From the IMG/VR virus record IMGVR_UViG_3300042923_001092, positions 1 through 39,091 of that record: a DNA stretch of 39,091 nt; one strand, written 5' to 3'. Position 1 is the stretch's first letter; each line of letters starts with the position of its first letter. This DNA is from a virus. Both the position numbers and the translations under genes were made by a program. Of this stretch, positions 6,965 to 15,984 are shown piece after piece. Below the pieces are notes generated by a model. It was not told where the DNA came from. It was given only the letters and a program-made list of their open reading frames with translations, and did not search any database.

Positions 6965-8674
6965 ATGGCAGAAAAGATCAGAAAAAATAGTCAGCTAGAT
7001 GGTAATACTAAAGCCACTATAATCAAAGATACATCTGGCGATGCTATAGTTGAACTTTCGACTGAAGATATGCTTACAAGTGTTGTTTTTAAACAAAAAG
7101 AAACTTCTAAAAAGATTAAAAAACCAGTTAATGGAACGAGTAAACAGATTGAAGACGAATTTGTTGACTTATATGGTTCTGATATCATAGAACCCCCATA
7201 CAACCAACTTTTATGGGCTAGTTTAATGGAAACTAATACACGATTAGCAAAGCTAATTAGAACATATGCTAGAAATACTGTTGGTTTAGGTTGGAGAATA
7301 GTTCCCAAAAAGGCAATTACTAAAAAAACTACTGCTAAAGAAAAGAAAGCTATTGAAGAAGAAAAGGAAATGCTCGAAGATTTCTTTAATAATATAAGTG
7401 ATATCTTGCCTTTTGAAGAAATATGTTTTAGAGCAAAAGTTGATGAAGAATCTATGGGTAATGGTTATCTTGAAGTTACAAGAGATTTAAAAGGAAAGCC
7501 TATGCATTTATTTCATATTTCCGGACATACAGTTAGAGTCCTTAGAAATAAAAAAGGATTTGTTCAAATAAGAGATGGCCAGAAAGTTTACTTTAAACTT
7601 TTTAATGGCGATTATGATATGAATTATCTAACTGGAGAAATAGTTGCAAAAGGCGCACTGAATTATGAGGAAAGAGCAACTGAAATTATACCTTTTCAGA
7701 TATATACGCCAAGAGATTCATATTATGGAATACCAAGATATGTAAGTACTGCAGATGCTATAGCAGGAAATAAACTTTCTGCAAGAAGAAATTTGTCTTT
7801 CTTTAAAAATGATGCAACTCCAAGAATGGCAATAACAGTTGCCAATGGACAGCTCACTACTGGATCTATACAAGAAATTAAAGATTTTGTAAATAGTGAA
7901 GGTAAAGGTGTAGATAATGCTCATAGAGCTATGATTATTCAAGCAAAAGGTAAAAATATGGGTGATGCTAGCCAAAATAATGTAAAAATTGATGTAGTAC
8001 CTTTGACTGTAGGACAAACTGACGACGGCTCATTTATTAAATATAGAGAGGCAAATGATGAAGAAATAAGAGAAGCATTTGGTATAGGCGAAGTATTTCT
8101 TGGTTCTAAAGGTACTGTTAATAGGGCTACAGCATCTATCCTTAGAGAAATAACTAATAATCAAGAATTTATACCAGATGCTAAAGTAAAAGAATTTATG
8201 ATTAATCAGACAATCTGCAAAGATCTTGGTGCGAGACTTTGTAAATTAGAATTTGTAAGGCCTTCTGCTCTTGGTGAATTAGATATGGCAGATATTTTTG
8301 CAAGATATTTACAGGGTGGTGGTATTACTCCTAATGATATAAGACATCAACTTGGAAAAGATGAATATTCTGAAGAATGGGCAGATAAACCAATACAGAT
8401 AGCATTAGTTGAATATCAAATGGGATTGTTAGCAGAACAAGGCGCTGCCTTAGGTGGCGATAATGGTAAGACTGATTCTAACAACGACGAAAATAATGAA
8501 GGTAATAATACCGATGAAGATGAAAATAATGACTCTAAAGATGGTTCTAATAAATCTAATAAGGAAAAAAATGAACAAGTTGAGAAGATAAGATTGAAAA
8601 TAATAGATACTGTTCAAAAAATGTTAGATCAAAGTATGACAACAGCAATCATCAGCTTAGATGATGATAACTAA
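6965..8674 (+). CDS. Portal protein
   Basis: Follows terL. Contains GNGYLEV, YYGIP, FFKNDATP, EIREAFGI and GITPNDIR motifs, and an acidic Asn-rich tail. Confidence 0.92.
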   Translation: MAEKIRKNSQLDGNTKATIIKDTSGDAIVELSTEDMLTSVVFKQKETSKKIKKPVNGTSKQIEDEFVDLYGSDIIEPPYNQLLWASLMETNTRLAKLIRTYARNTVGLGWRIVPKKAITKKTTAKEKKAIEEEKEMLEDFFNNISDILPFEEICFRAKVDEESMGNGYLEVTRDLKGKPMHLFHISGHTVRVLRNKKGFVQIRDGQKVYFKLFNGDYDMNYLTGEIVAKGALNYEERATEIIPFQIYTPRDSYYGIPRYVSTADAIAGNKLSARRNLSFFKNDATPRMAITVANGQLTTGSIQEIKDFVNSEGKGVDNAHRAMIIQAKGKNMGDASQNNVKIDVVPLTVGQTDDGSFIKYREANDEEIREAFGIGEVFLGSKGTVNRATASILREITNNQEFIPDAKVKEFMINQTICKDLGARLCKLEFVRPSALGELDMADIFARYLQGGGITPNDIRHQLGKDEYSEEWADKPIQIALVEYQMGLLAEQGAALGGDNGKTDSNNDENNEGNNTDEDENNDSKDGSNKSNKEKNEQVEKIRLKIIDTVQKMLDQSMTTAIISLDDDN

Positions 8675-8730
8675 GTATCAAACTATTTAATTATTATGTG
8701 AACTAAATTTAAAGAAATGGAGATGAAAAT

Positions 8731-9204
8731 ATGGTTAGGGAAGTAGTTCTTAATAAGCAGACTTTTGTAGGATTTGCTTTGGATACTAAACCGTCTGGCA
8801 TAATTGCTTTAAATTCAGAATATATTGAATTTGATGAAGACAATAAAACTATTACTAAATACAAATTCAATGGTATTGACTGGATTCAATTTGAAGTTAA
8901 TACGTATTCCGGTGCATCTACAATAGTTGTTGGGGGAAATGAGGACTTATTGCAGGGAAATATTACTTGTAATGGAGCTAAGCAAGCTATTTCTGCAACT
9001 AGTTTACCTTGTAAAGTAATAACTCTTCAGGCTAATCCAGCTAATACAGCCAATATTTTAGTTGGTAACAGTTTACTTGACGATACACATTATGCATTTA
9101 TTTTAGTGCCCGGCGGAAATATAACACTATCAATTTCTAATGCTAATAAAATATTTATAAAAGGTACGACTTCTGACAAAATAAGTTTTGGTGGTGAAGC
9201 TTAA
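8731..9204 (+). CDS. Putative head-associated beta-rich accessory protein
   Basis: 157 aa with an RBS and a beta-strand pattern (ITLQANPANTANILVG...LVPGGNITL). Lies between portal and protease. Confidence 0.5.
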   Translation: MVREVVLNKQTFVGFALDTKPSGIIALNSEYIEFDEDNKTITKYKFNGIDWIQFEVNTYSGASTIVVGGNEDLLQGNITCNGAKQAISATSLPCKVITLQANPANTANILVGNSLLDDTHYAFILVPGGNITLSISNANKIFIKGTTSDKISFGGEA

Positions 9205-9812
9205 TGCTTTTAAGATCTGGTTTTGGGAACAAAAGAAATAGAATATCTACTCCAGCAGTTTCAAGCCCAAGTATTATAAATCTTTGTATGAATCCTAGTT
9301 TCGAAAGCGATTTTCAAAATTGGGTTTCAGAGATGGAAGATACAAGCCTTGGATGGACTTCTGGAGAAGGTACTGGGATTACTATAGATAGTACAAGACA
9401 TAGTTCTGGTTCTAAATCTATAAAATTAATGGCAGACAGAGTTTTATGTTATGCATCTAGACTGTCTAATGAGATGATTCTTAATCAAACTATTGCAAAA
9501 AAAGTTGCTTTTGAAGCTGATTTTTATTTTGACAATATGGGTGATTATAGAACTTTTGAAACTAAATTGGAAATTTATTATAAAGGGGGAGGCTGGTTAA
9601 CTACTATCCCTGATAATAAATCTTGGCAATCCGGGACTCTTACACCTCCTAGCAATTCGCCAAATGGTGTATGGATGCATTATAATGCGGTTTTAGATAT
9701 GGGAGTCGAACCTATATCTTCATTAAAACTTCATTTTATTCTTACAAATGGATGGACTTCTCAAAAAATATTTGTTAATATTGATAATATTAAAGTTTAC
9801 GAAATTGATTAG
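9204..9812 (+). CDS. Carbohydrate-binding (CBM4/9-like jelly-roll) domain protein
   Basis: NLCMNPSFESDFQNW...IDSTRHSSGSKSIKL...VNIDNIKVYE pattern; TAATG coupling to the upstream gene. Confidence 0.6.
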   Translation: MLLRSGFGNKRNRISTPAVSSPSIINLCMNPSFESDFQNWVSEMEDTSLGWTSGEGTGITIDSTRHSSGSKSIKLMADRVLCYASRLSNEMILNQTIAKKVAFEADFYFDNMGDYRTFETKLEIYYKGGGWLTTIPDNKSWQSGTLTPPSNSPNGVWMHYNAVLDMGVEPISSLKLHFILTNGWTSQKIFVNIDNIKVYEID

Positions 9813-9902
9813 ACAAAAGAATTAAATCAATTATGATTTAATATATAATTACTATTTTAATCTATAATAATGAAAATAATTTTTAAGAAAGGAGGATATA
9901 TA

Positions 9903-11969
9903 ATGGCAACAATAGATATTAATAAATCTTTTGAGTTTGGAGTTAGACCTATAAGTGTTTGGAAAGATGATTCTACAAATAAACATTATGTTAATGCAGT
10001 CGCTTCTGATACAGAAGAAGATTATCATGGTGAAAGATTATCTTTAAATGCTTTAAATGGTCTAGTTAAGTGCATAAATAACAAAGAACCATATGCAGTA
10101 ACATTACTTCCAAGTCATTGGGATGCTTTCGAAATAGGAGTTTGTGAAAGTTCAAAAGTAATAGATAGTCAAGATGTATCAGGAGCTAAAGCATTATCCG
10201 TTGATATTGAACTTGATCTTGATTATCCGGAAGCCAGGTCATTATATAATGATGTCAAAAAAGGCAAATCTAAAAAGCAGCTTTCTATAGGAGGCTATTT
10301 AAATCCTGACAATGAGAATGCTTATTATTGGGAACCAAAGATGAAATATGATGATAATGGAAATTTAGTTCAAGATTGGGTCTTAGTGCTTGATGATGTT
10401 ATTTTAGAGCACATAGCAGTAACAAGAGCAAATAAGGCTGCTAATAATAGATCTGGTTTTGTAGGCACAATTGCCAAGTCTTTAGGACTAGAAAAACCAA
10501 AGGATTTTATCATTAAAGAGCAAGGTTTTAATGTTCTTAACGATACTAAAAATAAGTTCTGGGAAGTTAAAAATTCCGCTAAAAATAAAGGTGAAATTTT
10601 CATTTATGGAGACATTGTTAGCTATAAATGGTGGGATGAAGATGTTTCCGCAAACAGCCTTATTAAAGATGTAAAAGATCTTGGAGATATTTCAGAACTT
10701 GATATTAGAATTAACTCCGGTGGTGGAAGTGTATTTGCTGCTGCTGCTATTTTAAGTTATTTAAGAAGTCATAAAGCATTTAAAACTGTTTATATAGACG
10801 GTTTAGCTGCTTCAGCTGCTTCTGTAATAGCTATGGCTGGAGATAAAATTTGTATGCCTTCTCATGCTATGATGATGATTCACAACCCAGCTACTATTGC
10901 ATGGGGCGATTCAAGAGAAATGAGGAAAACTGCAGATACTTTAGATAAGATTAGAGACTCTATTGTAAATGCATATCAGACAAAATGTGGTAAAGATTAC
11001 GAAACCATTTGCAATTTAATGGATGAAGAGACATGGATGACTGGTAAAGAAGCGGTAGAACAAGGGTTTGCAGATGTTGTTCTTGATAATGTAGAAATAT
11101 CAGCATACTATGAAAAAGATATTTTAAATGTAAACGGTTTGAGCATTGAATCTTCAAGATTCAAGAATAAATCAAAAATTACAGAAATTATGAAATCAAT
11201 AGAAAAGGAGGGAGGCATTAGCATGGCCAAAAACGGTGTAAACAAAGGTATGGCAAATGGATGGGGTAAAGCCGTTAATAATTTCTTAAATCCTGCAAAC
11301 AATGAAAATGAGAAAGCTAAAGCTGAAGAAGCTGCTAAAATCGAAAATGCTAGAAAAGCATTAGAGGTTTTAAATTCGCTAAACGGGCTGGATAACTTAC
11401 CCGAAGATTTAAAAGCTGCTATTAACAGTCTTAATACTGCTCCTGCAGCTAATACTGATGAAGTTGATCCTGTTAATTCCGGTTCAGAAGATCCTGTTGT
11501 AGATCCCGAAAATACTGAAGGTTCTGAAGAACCTGTTACAGAAGATAATCCTACAGACAATCCTGAAAATACTGAGGGATCTGAAGGGCCTGAAACTAAT
11601 CCTGCTACAGAGCCTGAAAACTTTAATCCTGAGTCTTTTAAAGATTCAATTATGGATGAGGTTAAAAACTTAATTAATGGTATTCAGGAAGAAAATAAAA
11701 AATCAATGGAAAGTGTTGGAGCTTCTGTTGGAAAAATTATCGGAGAAGTTGTTAAGCAGCAGCTGGAACCTTTAAATTCCAAAATTTCTGCTATTGAAAA
11801 ATCTGCTGGTGGAAGTAAAAGTTTAAGCGGTCAGGAAAAGCCTGCTGTTACTAAGCAGAAAACCACTACTGAAGATACAGTTGATGAAAGCAACATGTGG
11901 GATGGTTTTATTAAAAACGCACTTCCTACAGATTTTAAAAACAAATATAATGAAACGGAGGAACAATAA
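9903..11969 (+). CDS. Fusion of prohead protease (HK97-type), ClpP-like protease and scaffold
   Basis: N-terminal ASDTEEDYHGERL, PSHW, QLSIGG, LEHIAVT..AAN. Middle INSGGGSV, DGLAASAASVIAMAG, MMIHNP, ETWMTGKEAVEQGFAD. Acidic coiled-coil tail. ATG 9903 has an AAAGGAGG RBS. Confidence 0.85.
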   Translation: MATIDINKSFEFGVRPISVWKDDSTNKHYVNAVASDTEEDYHGERLSLNALNGLVKCINNKEPYAVTLLPSHWDAFEIGVCESSKVIDSQDVSGAKALSVDIELDLDYPEARSLYNDVKKGKSKKQLSIGGYLNPDNENAYYWEPKMKYDDNGNLVQDWVLVLDDVILEHIAVTRANKAANNRSGFVGTIAKSLGLEKPKDFIIKEQGFNVLNDTKNKFWEVKNSAKNKGEIFIYGDIVSYKWWDEDVSANSLIKDVKDLGDISELDIRINSGGGSVFAAAAILSYLRSHKAFKTVYIDGLAASAASVIAMAGDKICMPSHAMMMIHNPATIAWGDSREMRKTADTLDKIRDSIVNAYQTKCGKDYETICNLMDEETWMTGKEAVEQGFADVVLDNVEISAYYEKDILNVNGLSIESSRFKNKSKITEIMKSIEKEGGISMAKNGVNKGMANGWGKAVNNFLNPANNENEKAKAEEAAKIENARKALEVLNSLNGLDNLPEDLKAAINSLNTAPAANTDEVDPVNSGSEDPVVDPENTEGSEEPVTEDNPTDNPENTEGSEGPETNPATEPENFNPESFKDSIMDEVKNLINGIQEENKKSMESVGASVGKIIGEVVKQQLEPLNSKISAIEKSAGGSKSLSGQEKPAVTKQKTTTEDTVDESNMWDGFIKNALPTDFKNKYNETEEQ
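11223..11969 (+). CDS. Nested in-frame scaffold protein (internal start)
   Basis: AAGGAGGGAGG directly upstream of in-frame ATG 11223; E/N/P-rich product of 248 aa. Confidence 0.7.
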   Translation: MAKNGVNKGMANGWGKAVNNFLNPANNENEKAKAEEAAKIENARKALEVLNSLNGLDNLPEDLKAAINSLNTAPAANTDEVDPVNSGSEDPVVDPENTEGSEEPVTEDNPTDNPENTEGSEGPETNPATEPENFNPESFKDSIMDEVKNLINGIQEENKKSMESVGASVGKIIGEVVKQQLEPLNSKISAIEKSAGGSKSLSGQEKPAVTKQKTTTEDTVDESNMWDGFIKNALPTDFKNKYNETEEQ

Positions 11970-11971
11970 CA

Positions 11972-13285
11972 ATGGCTAATGAATTAAATAACAGTCAGGA
12001 AGAAGTCCTGAAGACCATTGAGACTGCTGACTTTGGTAATGGAGGTTTACTTGACCCCAAGCGCCAGAAACAATTTCTTACTTATATAAGGGATTACGGT
12101 AAAATGCTTCCCATGGTAAGATTTGAGAGGCTTTCACAGTCTCAGATGACTCTCGATAAGTTATATATCGGAGAACCTGTTACAGAATCTGTTGAAGAAA
12201 ACAGCAACGCTGCTAATCCTGCCAAAGTAGCTACAAGCCAATTACATTTACAGACAAAGAAGCTGAAATCCAGCTGGAACATTACCACAGAAACCCTCGT
12301 TGATAACATCGAACAGAAGGGTTTTGAAACTACAATGATGCAGGGAATGACCAAAAGAATTTCCACTGATATCGAATTACTGGCTATCCAGGGTGACAGA
12401 ACTAAGTATAACGGTGCAACAGATACATTCGGTCGCTTATTAAAAAGAGCAAACGGCTGGGATGCACTTACAGAATCTGCACATATCTTGGATGTTGGTG
12501 GTGCTACAATTCAGAAGGGTATTTTTGCTGAAATGGTAAGAATGATGCCTCAGCAGTATCTTCAGGATGCTGACTTAAGATGGTTCGTTTCCAAATCTGT
12601 AGCAATTGACTGGATGGATCTTCTGGCTGACAGAGGAACTGCAGTTGGTGATAATGCTCTTAACGGAAACAGTGTATCTCCTTACGGTATTCCATTAGTT
12701 GAAGTTCCTTTACTTCCTGATAATAAGCCTGTTACATCATATTCCGGTAAAGCTGCAGTAGTAATTGGAAATCAGCCCGATCCGTTTGAAATTGTTGCTG
12801 GCGAAAATGATAAGATTAAAATCTCCATAGATGGCGTTACCGCTGTTACTGTAACTCTTAAACCCGGTACACATCGTGTAGGTGCAATTGCGGCTATGAT
12901 TAATGCTACTACAGGCTTGGCAGGTATTGCTTCTGATGATACACATGGTCGTTTGGTTCTTAAATCAAAGACAGTTGGAAATTCATCTTCTATTGCTTTA
13001 ACTTCTATTGCCGCCGATGCTTATGATGAACTTGGGTTATCTGAAGGCACCAATACTGGTACTTCCAGCGGATCCTTAACTACTACAAACGACGGTTCAT
13101 TTATCTGGTTGGCAAATCCTAAGAACTTTATTGCTGCCATGAGAGGTACCACCAGAATTTATACTGAGTTCAACAAGGACTATGACCGCGTTGAAACAGT
13201 TATCTACAATGAAGTTGACTTCTCAGTAGAAAATGATGATGCTATCGTTAAGGCCGTTAACCTTAGAAAACGCGATTTAATCTAA
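11972..13285 (+). CDS. Major capsid protein (HK97 fold) with a ~120-aa inserted domain
   Basis: GGLLDP, ITTETLVDNIE, DIELLAIQGD, YGIPLVEVPLLP and NPKNF motifs. Follows the scaffold and is followed by a terminator. Confidence 0.9.
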   Translation: MANELNNSQEEVLKTIETADFGNGGLLDPKRQKQFLTYIRDYGKMLPMVRFERLSQSQMTLDKLYIGEPVTESVEENSNAANPAKVATSQLHLQTKKLKSSWNITTETLVDNIEQKGFETTMMQGMTKRISTDIELLAIQGDRTKYNGATDTFGRLLKRANGWDALTESAHILDVGGATIQKGIFAEMVRMMPQQYLQDADLRWFVSKSVAIDWMDLLADRGTAVGDNALNGNSVSPYGIPLVEVPLLPDNKPVTSYSGKAAVVIGNQPDPFEIVAGENDKIKISIDGVTAVTVTLKPGTHRVGAIAAMINATTGLAGIASDDTHGRLVLKSKTVGNSSSIALTSIAADAYDELGLSEGTNTGTSSGSLTTTNDGSFIWLANPKNFIAAMRGTTRIYTEFNKDYDRVETVIYNEVDFSVENDDAIVKAVNLRKRDLI

Positions 13286-13310
13286 AGTTAAAAACATATA
13301 GGCCCTACTG

Positions 13311-13350
13311 AAAGGCCATTAGTCTTAAATGGCTAATGGCCTTTTTTATT
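13311..13350 (+). terminator. Rho-independent terminator after the capsid gene
   Basis: AAAGGCCATTAGTC-ttaaat-GGCTAATGGCCTTT followed by TTTATT. Confidence 0.88.
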
Positions 13351-13372
13351 AAGATATTAGGAGGAAAATAAT

Positions 13373-13555
13373 ATGTCTACTATTAAAAAGCAAATTGGTA
13401 AAGCTTTGGCACATATGCCTGAACTTGCAGAAGGTTTGTATAGCATCATTGACGATCTTGAAGAACTTAAAGCTGCATTGGAAAATCATAAACATGATGG
13501 AACTACCGGCGAATCAGATGCAGACGTGACTTTAAAAACTAAAAAGGAAATTTAG
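13373..13555 (+). CDS. Hypothetical 60-aa protein, possibly virion-associated
   Basis: AGGAGG RBS; short coiled coil ending in NHKHDG. Confidence 0.7.
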   Translation: MSTIKKQIGKALAHMPELAEGLYSIIDDLEELKAALENHKHDGTTGESDADVTLKTKKEI

Positions 13556-13582
13556 AATATAAATTTTAAGGAGGAATAAATA

Positions 13583-14080
13583 ATGGCTGTTTTAACTTAT
13601 TTTGATCTAAAATCGGCGCATAGTTACAAAATGTCAGGTCTTTCTGGAAGAAGATATTGTTTTTATAAAGGTAAACCTGTTGAAGTAACAGATGAAGAAG
13701 ATGCCAATAAATTTAGGGCGCACACAGATTTATTTTTTGAATGTGATGAAAGCGGAAAGCCTATCGCAACAAATGCTCAACATAATAATGCTAAAACTTT
13801 TGTTACATTTCGAAAACACATTGCTGACAGGGATGAAGTTATCGAAGAGAGTAACAAGCAAGCAATGGAACAAAGGAAAGCGGGAGTTGATGTAAATGCT
13901 ATTCTTGAAGAGGCAAGTAAAGATGCTATTAAGTCTGAGTCTTCTACAAAAAATGTAACTAAAAAATCTAAGGTAGCTAAAAAAGACAAAAATCCTCTTG
14001 AGTGCGAACTTTGTGGATATGTTGCTAAAGATCAGGAAGATCTTAAAGCTCACCTTGACCAGCACAGTGAAGAGGATTAA
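13583..14080 (+). CDS. Hypothetical protein with a C-terminal C2H2 zinc finger
   Basis: AAGGAGG RBS; CELCGYVAKDQEDLKAHLDQH fits C-x2-C-x12-H-x3-H. Confidence 0.75.
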   Translation: MAVLTYFDLKSAHSYKMSGLSGRRYCFYKGKPVEVTDEEDANKFRAHTDLFFECDESGKPIATNAQHNNAKTFVTFRKHIADRDEVIEESNKQAMEQRKAGVDVNAILEEASKDAIKSESSTKNVTKKSKVAKKDKNPLECELCGYVAKDQEDLKAHLDQHSEED

Positions 14081-14085
14081 TAAAT

Positions 14086-14886
14086 ATGGCTATTCTCGCT
14101 TATTCAACAATTAAATCTGTTAGGGAAATGCAAATCTCTGAAGCTAAAATGTCTGATAGCGAGGTGTTAAAGCTAATTCATCAATATTCTGCTTCAGTAT
14201 CAAGATTAGTCAATTCTTGGTTTGTTCCTGTAAACGTAAAGCAGAGGTTTAATGGTGGAGGTAATGTCATTTATACTGGCTTACCTCCAGTTATTAAATT
14301 ATTTAGCGCAAATATAGTTGAGTGGAACCAATCTAGAACCCTTATAGACCCATTAGAATATGATGGCGTAGGTAAAATTATTAGGTTCAAAAAAAGAACT
14401 CAAGAAGGGATTAAGAATATTGAGATCGATGGGCTATTTGGTCATATCGATAATAATAAAGTAGTCCCAGTTAAGACAACTACAGATATATCTCAAGGCT
14501 CTGTTTCGTTTGGAGTTGAAGATGCCTCAGAACTTGAAGAGAGAGATGTATTTATTTTTAATAATAGAGTTATAATTGCTAATTCAATTGATTATGAAAA
14601 TAATACTGTTATAATAGATAAACAATTATCATCTAAAATCATAGAATCTGGATCAGAAACTATATGTTTTGGTTGTGTCCCTTTTGATATTGAAAGAGCA
14701 ATAAATCTTATGATAAAGAATGGTAAAAAATTAGAAAAACTTATTGGTGGTAAATTAAAATCAGAAAAAACAGATGATTATGAGTATGAAGTTTTCCAAT
14801 CCGGAGATATGAGTACCGGTATTCCTGAAGTTGATAGAATATTGCAGACTTATCTTGAAGGTGAAGTAACAATAAATTATTTTTAG
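14086..14886 (+). CDS. Head-tail adaptor/neck protein
   Basis: Position after the capsid genes; AYSTIKSVR..., VPFDIERA, KSEKTDDYEYE and STGIPEVDRILQTY are adaptor-like. Confidence 0.7.
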   Translation: MAILAYSTIKSVREMQISEAKMSDSEVLKLIHQYSASVSRLVNSWFVPVNVKQRFNGGGNVIYTGLPPVIKLFSANIVEWNQSRTLIDPLEYDGVGKIIRFKKRTQEGIKNIEIDGLFGHIDNNKVVPVKTTTDISQGSVSFGVEDASELEERDVFIFNNRVIIANSIDYENNTVIIDKQLSSKIIESGSETICFGCVPFDIERAINLMIKNGKKLEKLIGGKLKSEKTDDYEYEVFQSGDMSTGIPEVDRILQTYLEGEVTINYF

Positions 14887-14896
14887 GAGGGATATT

Positions 14897-15352
14897 ATGA
14901 GTCCAATTATGATGAATACAATGGATATAGAAGTTAGAGTCCTTATAAACGATTCTAATAAAGATGCTTTCCCTTCCTATCAACACACAGAATATGATGA
15001 TATTTTTAGACAACCTACAACTCCTGGTGGAAAGAAATATACAGACCCTATATTGTTAGAAGATATAGCTCAATTTAGAAATAAAAAAATGAAAAAATGG
15101 AATTTTAAAGATTCTGATAATCTTACTTTAGAAAGTGAAGCTCATTTAACATTTTCTAAAGAAGATTGGGATGATGCTACGTCTCAATTAGGCTGTGAGC
15201 TAAAAAAAGGCGATCTTGTTGTTTCCGTGGCTGACAACCCAGTGGATTTAATAATAAATGAAATAAGACCTACTGGATTTTTAAATGGAGAAAATACACT
15301 GATAATGCTAACTTTATCTGATAATACAAAATCTATGGGAGGCGTTATTTAG
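14897..15352 (+). CDS. Head closure/neck protein
   Basis: Synteny; beta-rich with YDDIFRQP and LKKGDLV. Confidence 0.55.
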   Translation: MSPIMMNTMDIEVRVLINDSNKDAFPSYQHTEYDDIFRQPTTPGGKKYTDPILLEDIAQFRNKKMKKWNFKDSDNLTLESEAHLTFSKEDWDDATSQLGCELKKGDLVVSVADNPVDLIINEIRPTGFLNGENTLIMLTLSDNTKSMGGVI

Positions 15353-15984
15353 TGGCTCAAGTTTATGTGAAATATACTGGACAATGGGAAGAATTCAGAA
15401 TAATTATAAAAAATATGACTCCAAGGATTAGATCAGCTTTAAAAGCAGCTGCAAGAAAAAATGCAATATTGATTTTAAAAGAAATTAGAAATGGTATAAG
15501 AGAGCAGGCTCCAGGTGGTGAAGCATTTCCTCCTTTACATACATTAACAGTTATTGAAAAATCTCAAATTAGAGGTGTTGGCAGTGTAAAATCTAACCAA
15601 GCTCTTATAAGATATGGAGACTTATTAAGATTATTAACTTATTTTATAGATGAAGGTAATCCTGGATCTTTTAAAGTAGGCTATCCAGAAGGAGCTACAA
15701 ACAGATACGGGATTGATATAAATATGATTGCTGCTGCTATGGAAAAAGGCTTTACTGTTAATGTAACAGAAAAACTAAGAGGATATTTTGCAGCTAATGG
15801 AAGACCACTTAAGAAAGAAACTACACATCTTGATATACCGGCAAGACCATATTTTGAACCAGTATTAAAGAAATATAGAGATGATATAGTTATGAACTAT
15901 GTAATAGCTTTAGATAATGTTTTCAAAGCAAATCCTAATTTAGGATCTATTGTAGATGGTGATGAGAGTGGAGGTTGGATATAA
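15352..15984 (+). CDS. Neck/virion morphogenesis protein (GTG start)
   Basis: FPPLHTLT, ALIRYGDL and IPARPYFEP motifs typical of Mu gpG / HK97 gp10-like proteins. Confidence 0.7.
   Translation: MAQVYVKYTGQWEEFRIIIKNMTPRIRSALKAAARKNAILILKEIRNGIREQAPGGEAFPPLHTLTVIEKSQIRGVGSVKSNQALIRYGDLLRLLTYFIDEGNPGSFKVGYPEGATNRYGIDINMIAAAMEKGFTVNVTEKLRGYFAANGRPLKKETTHLDIPARPYFEPVLKKYRDDIVMNYVIALDNVFKANPNLGSIVDGDESGGWI

Noticed and set aside
9810-9837. Possible promoter TAGACA-16-TATGAT before the protease gene
   Set aside because: A weak match with a suboptimal spacer in very AT-rich DNA; it cannot be told from chance.
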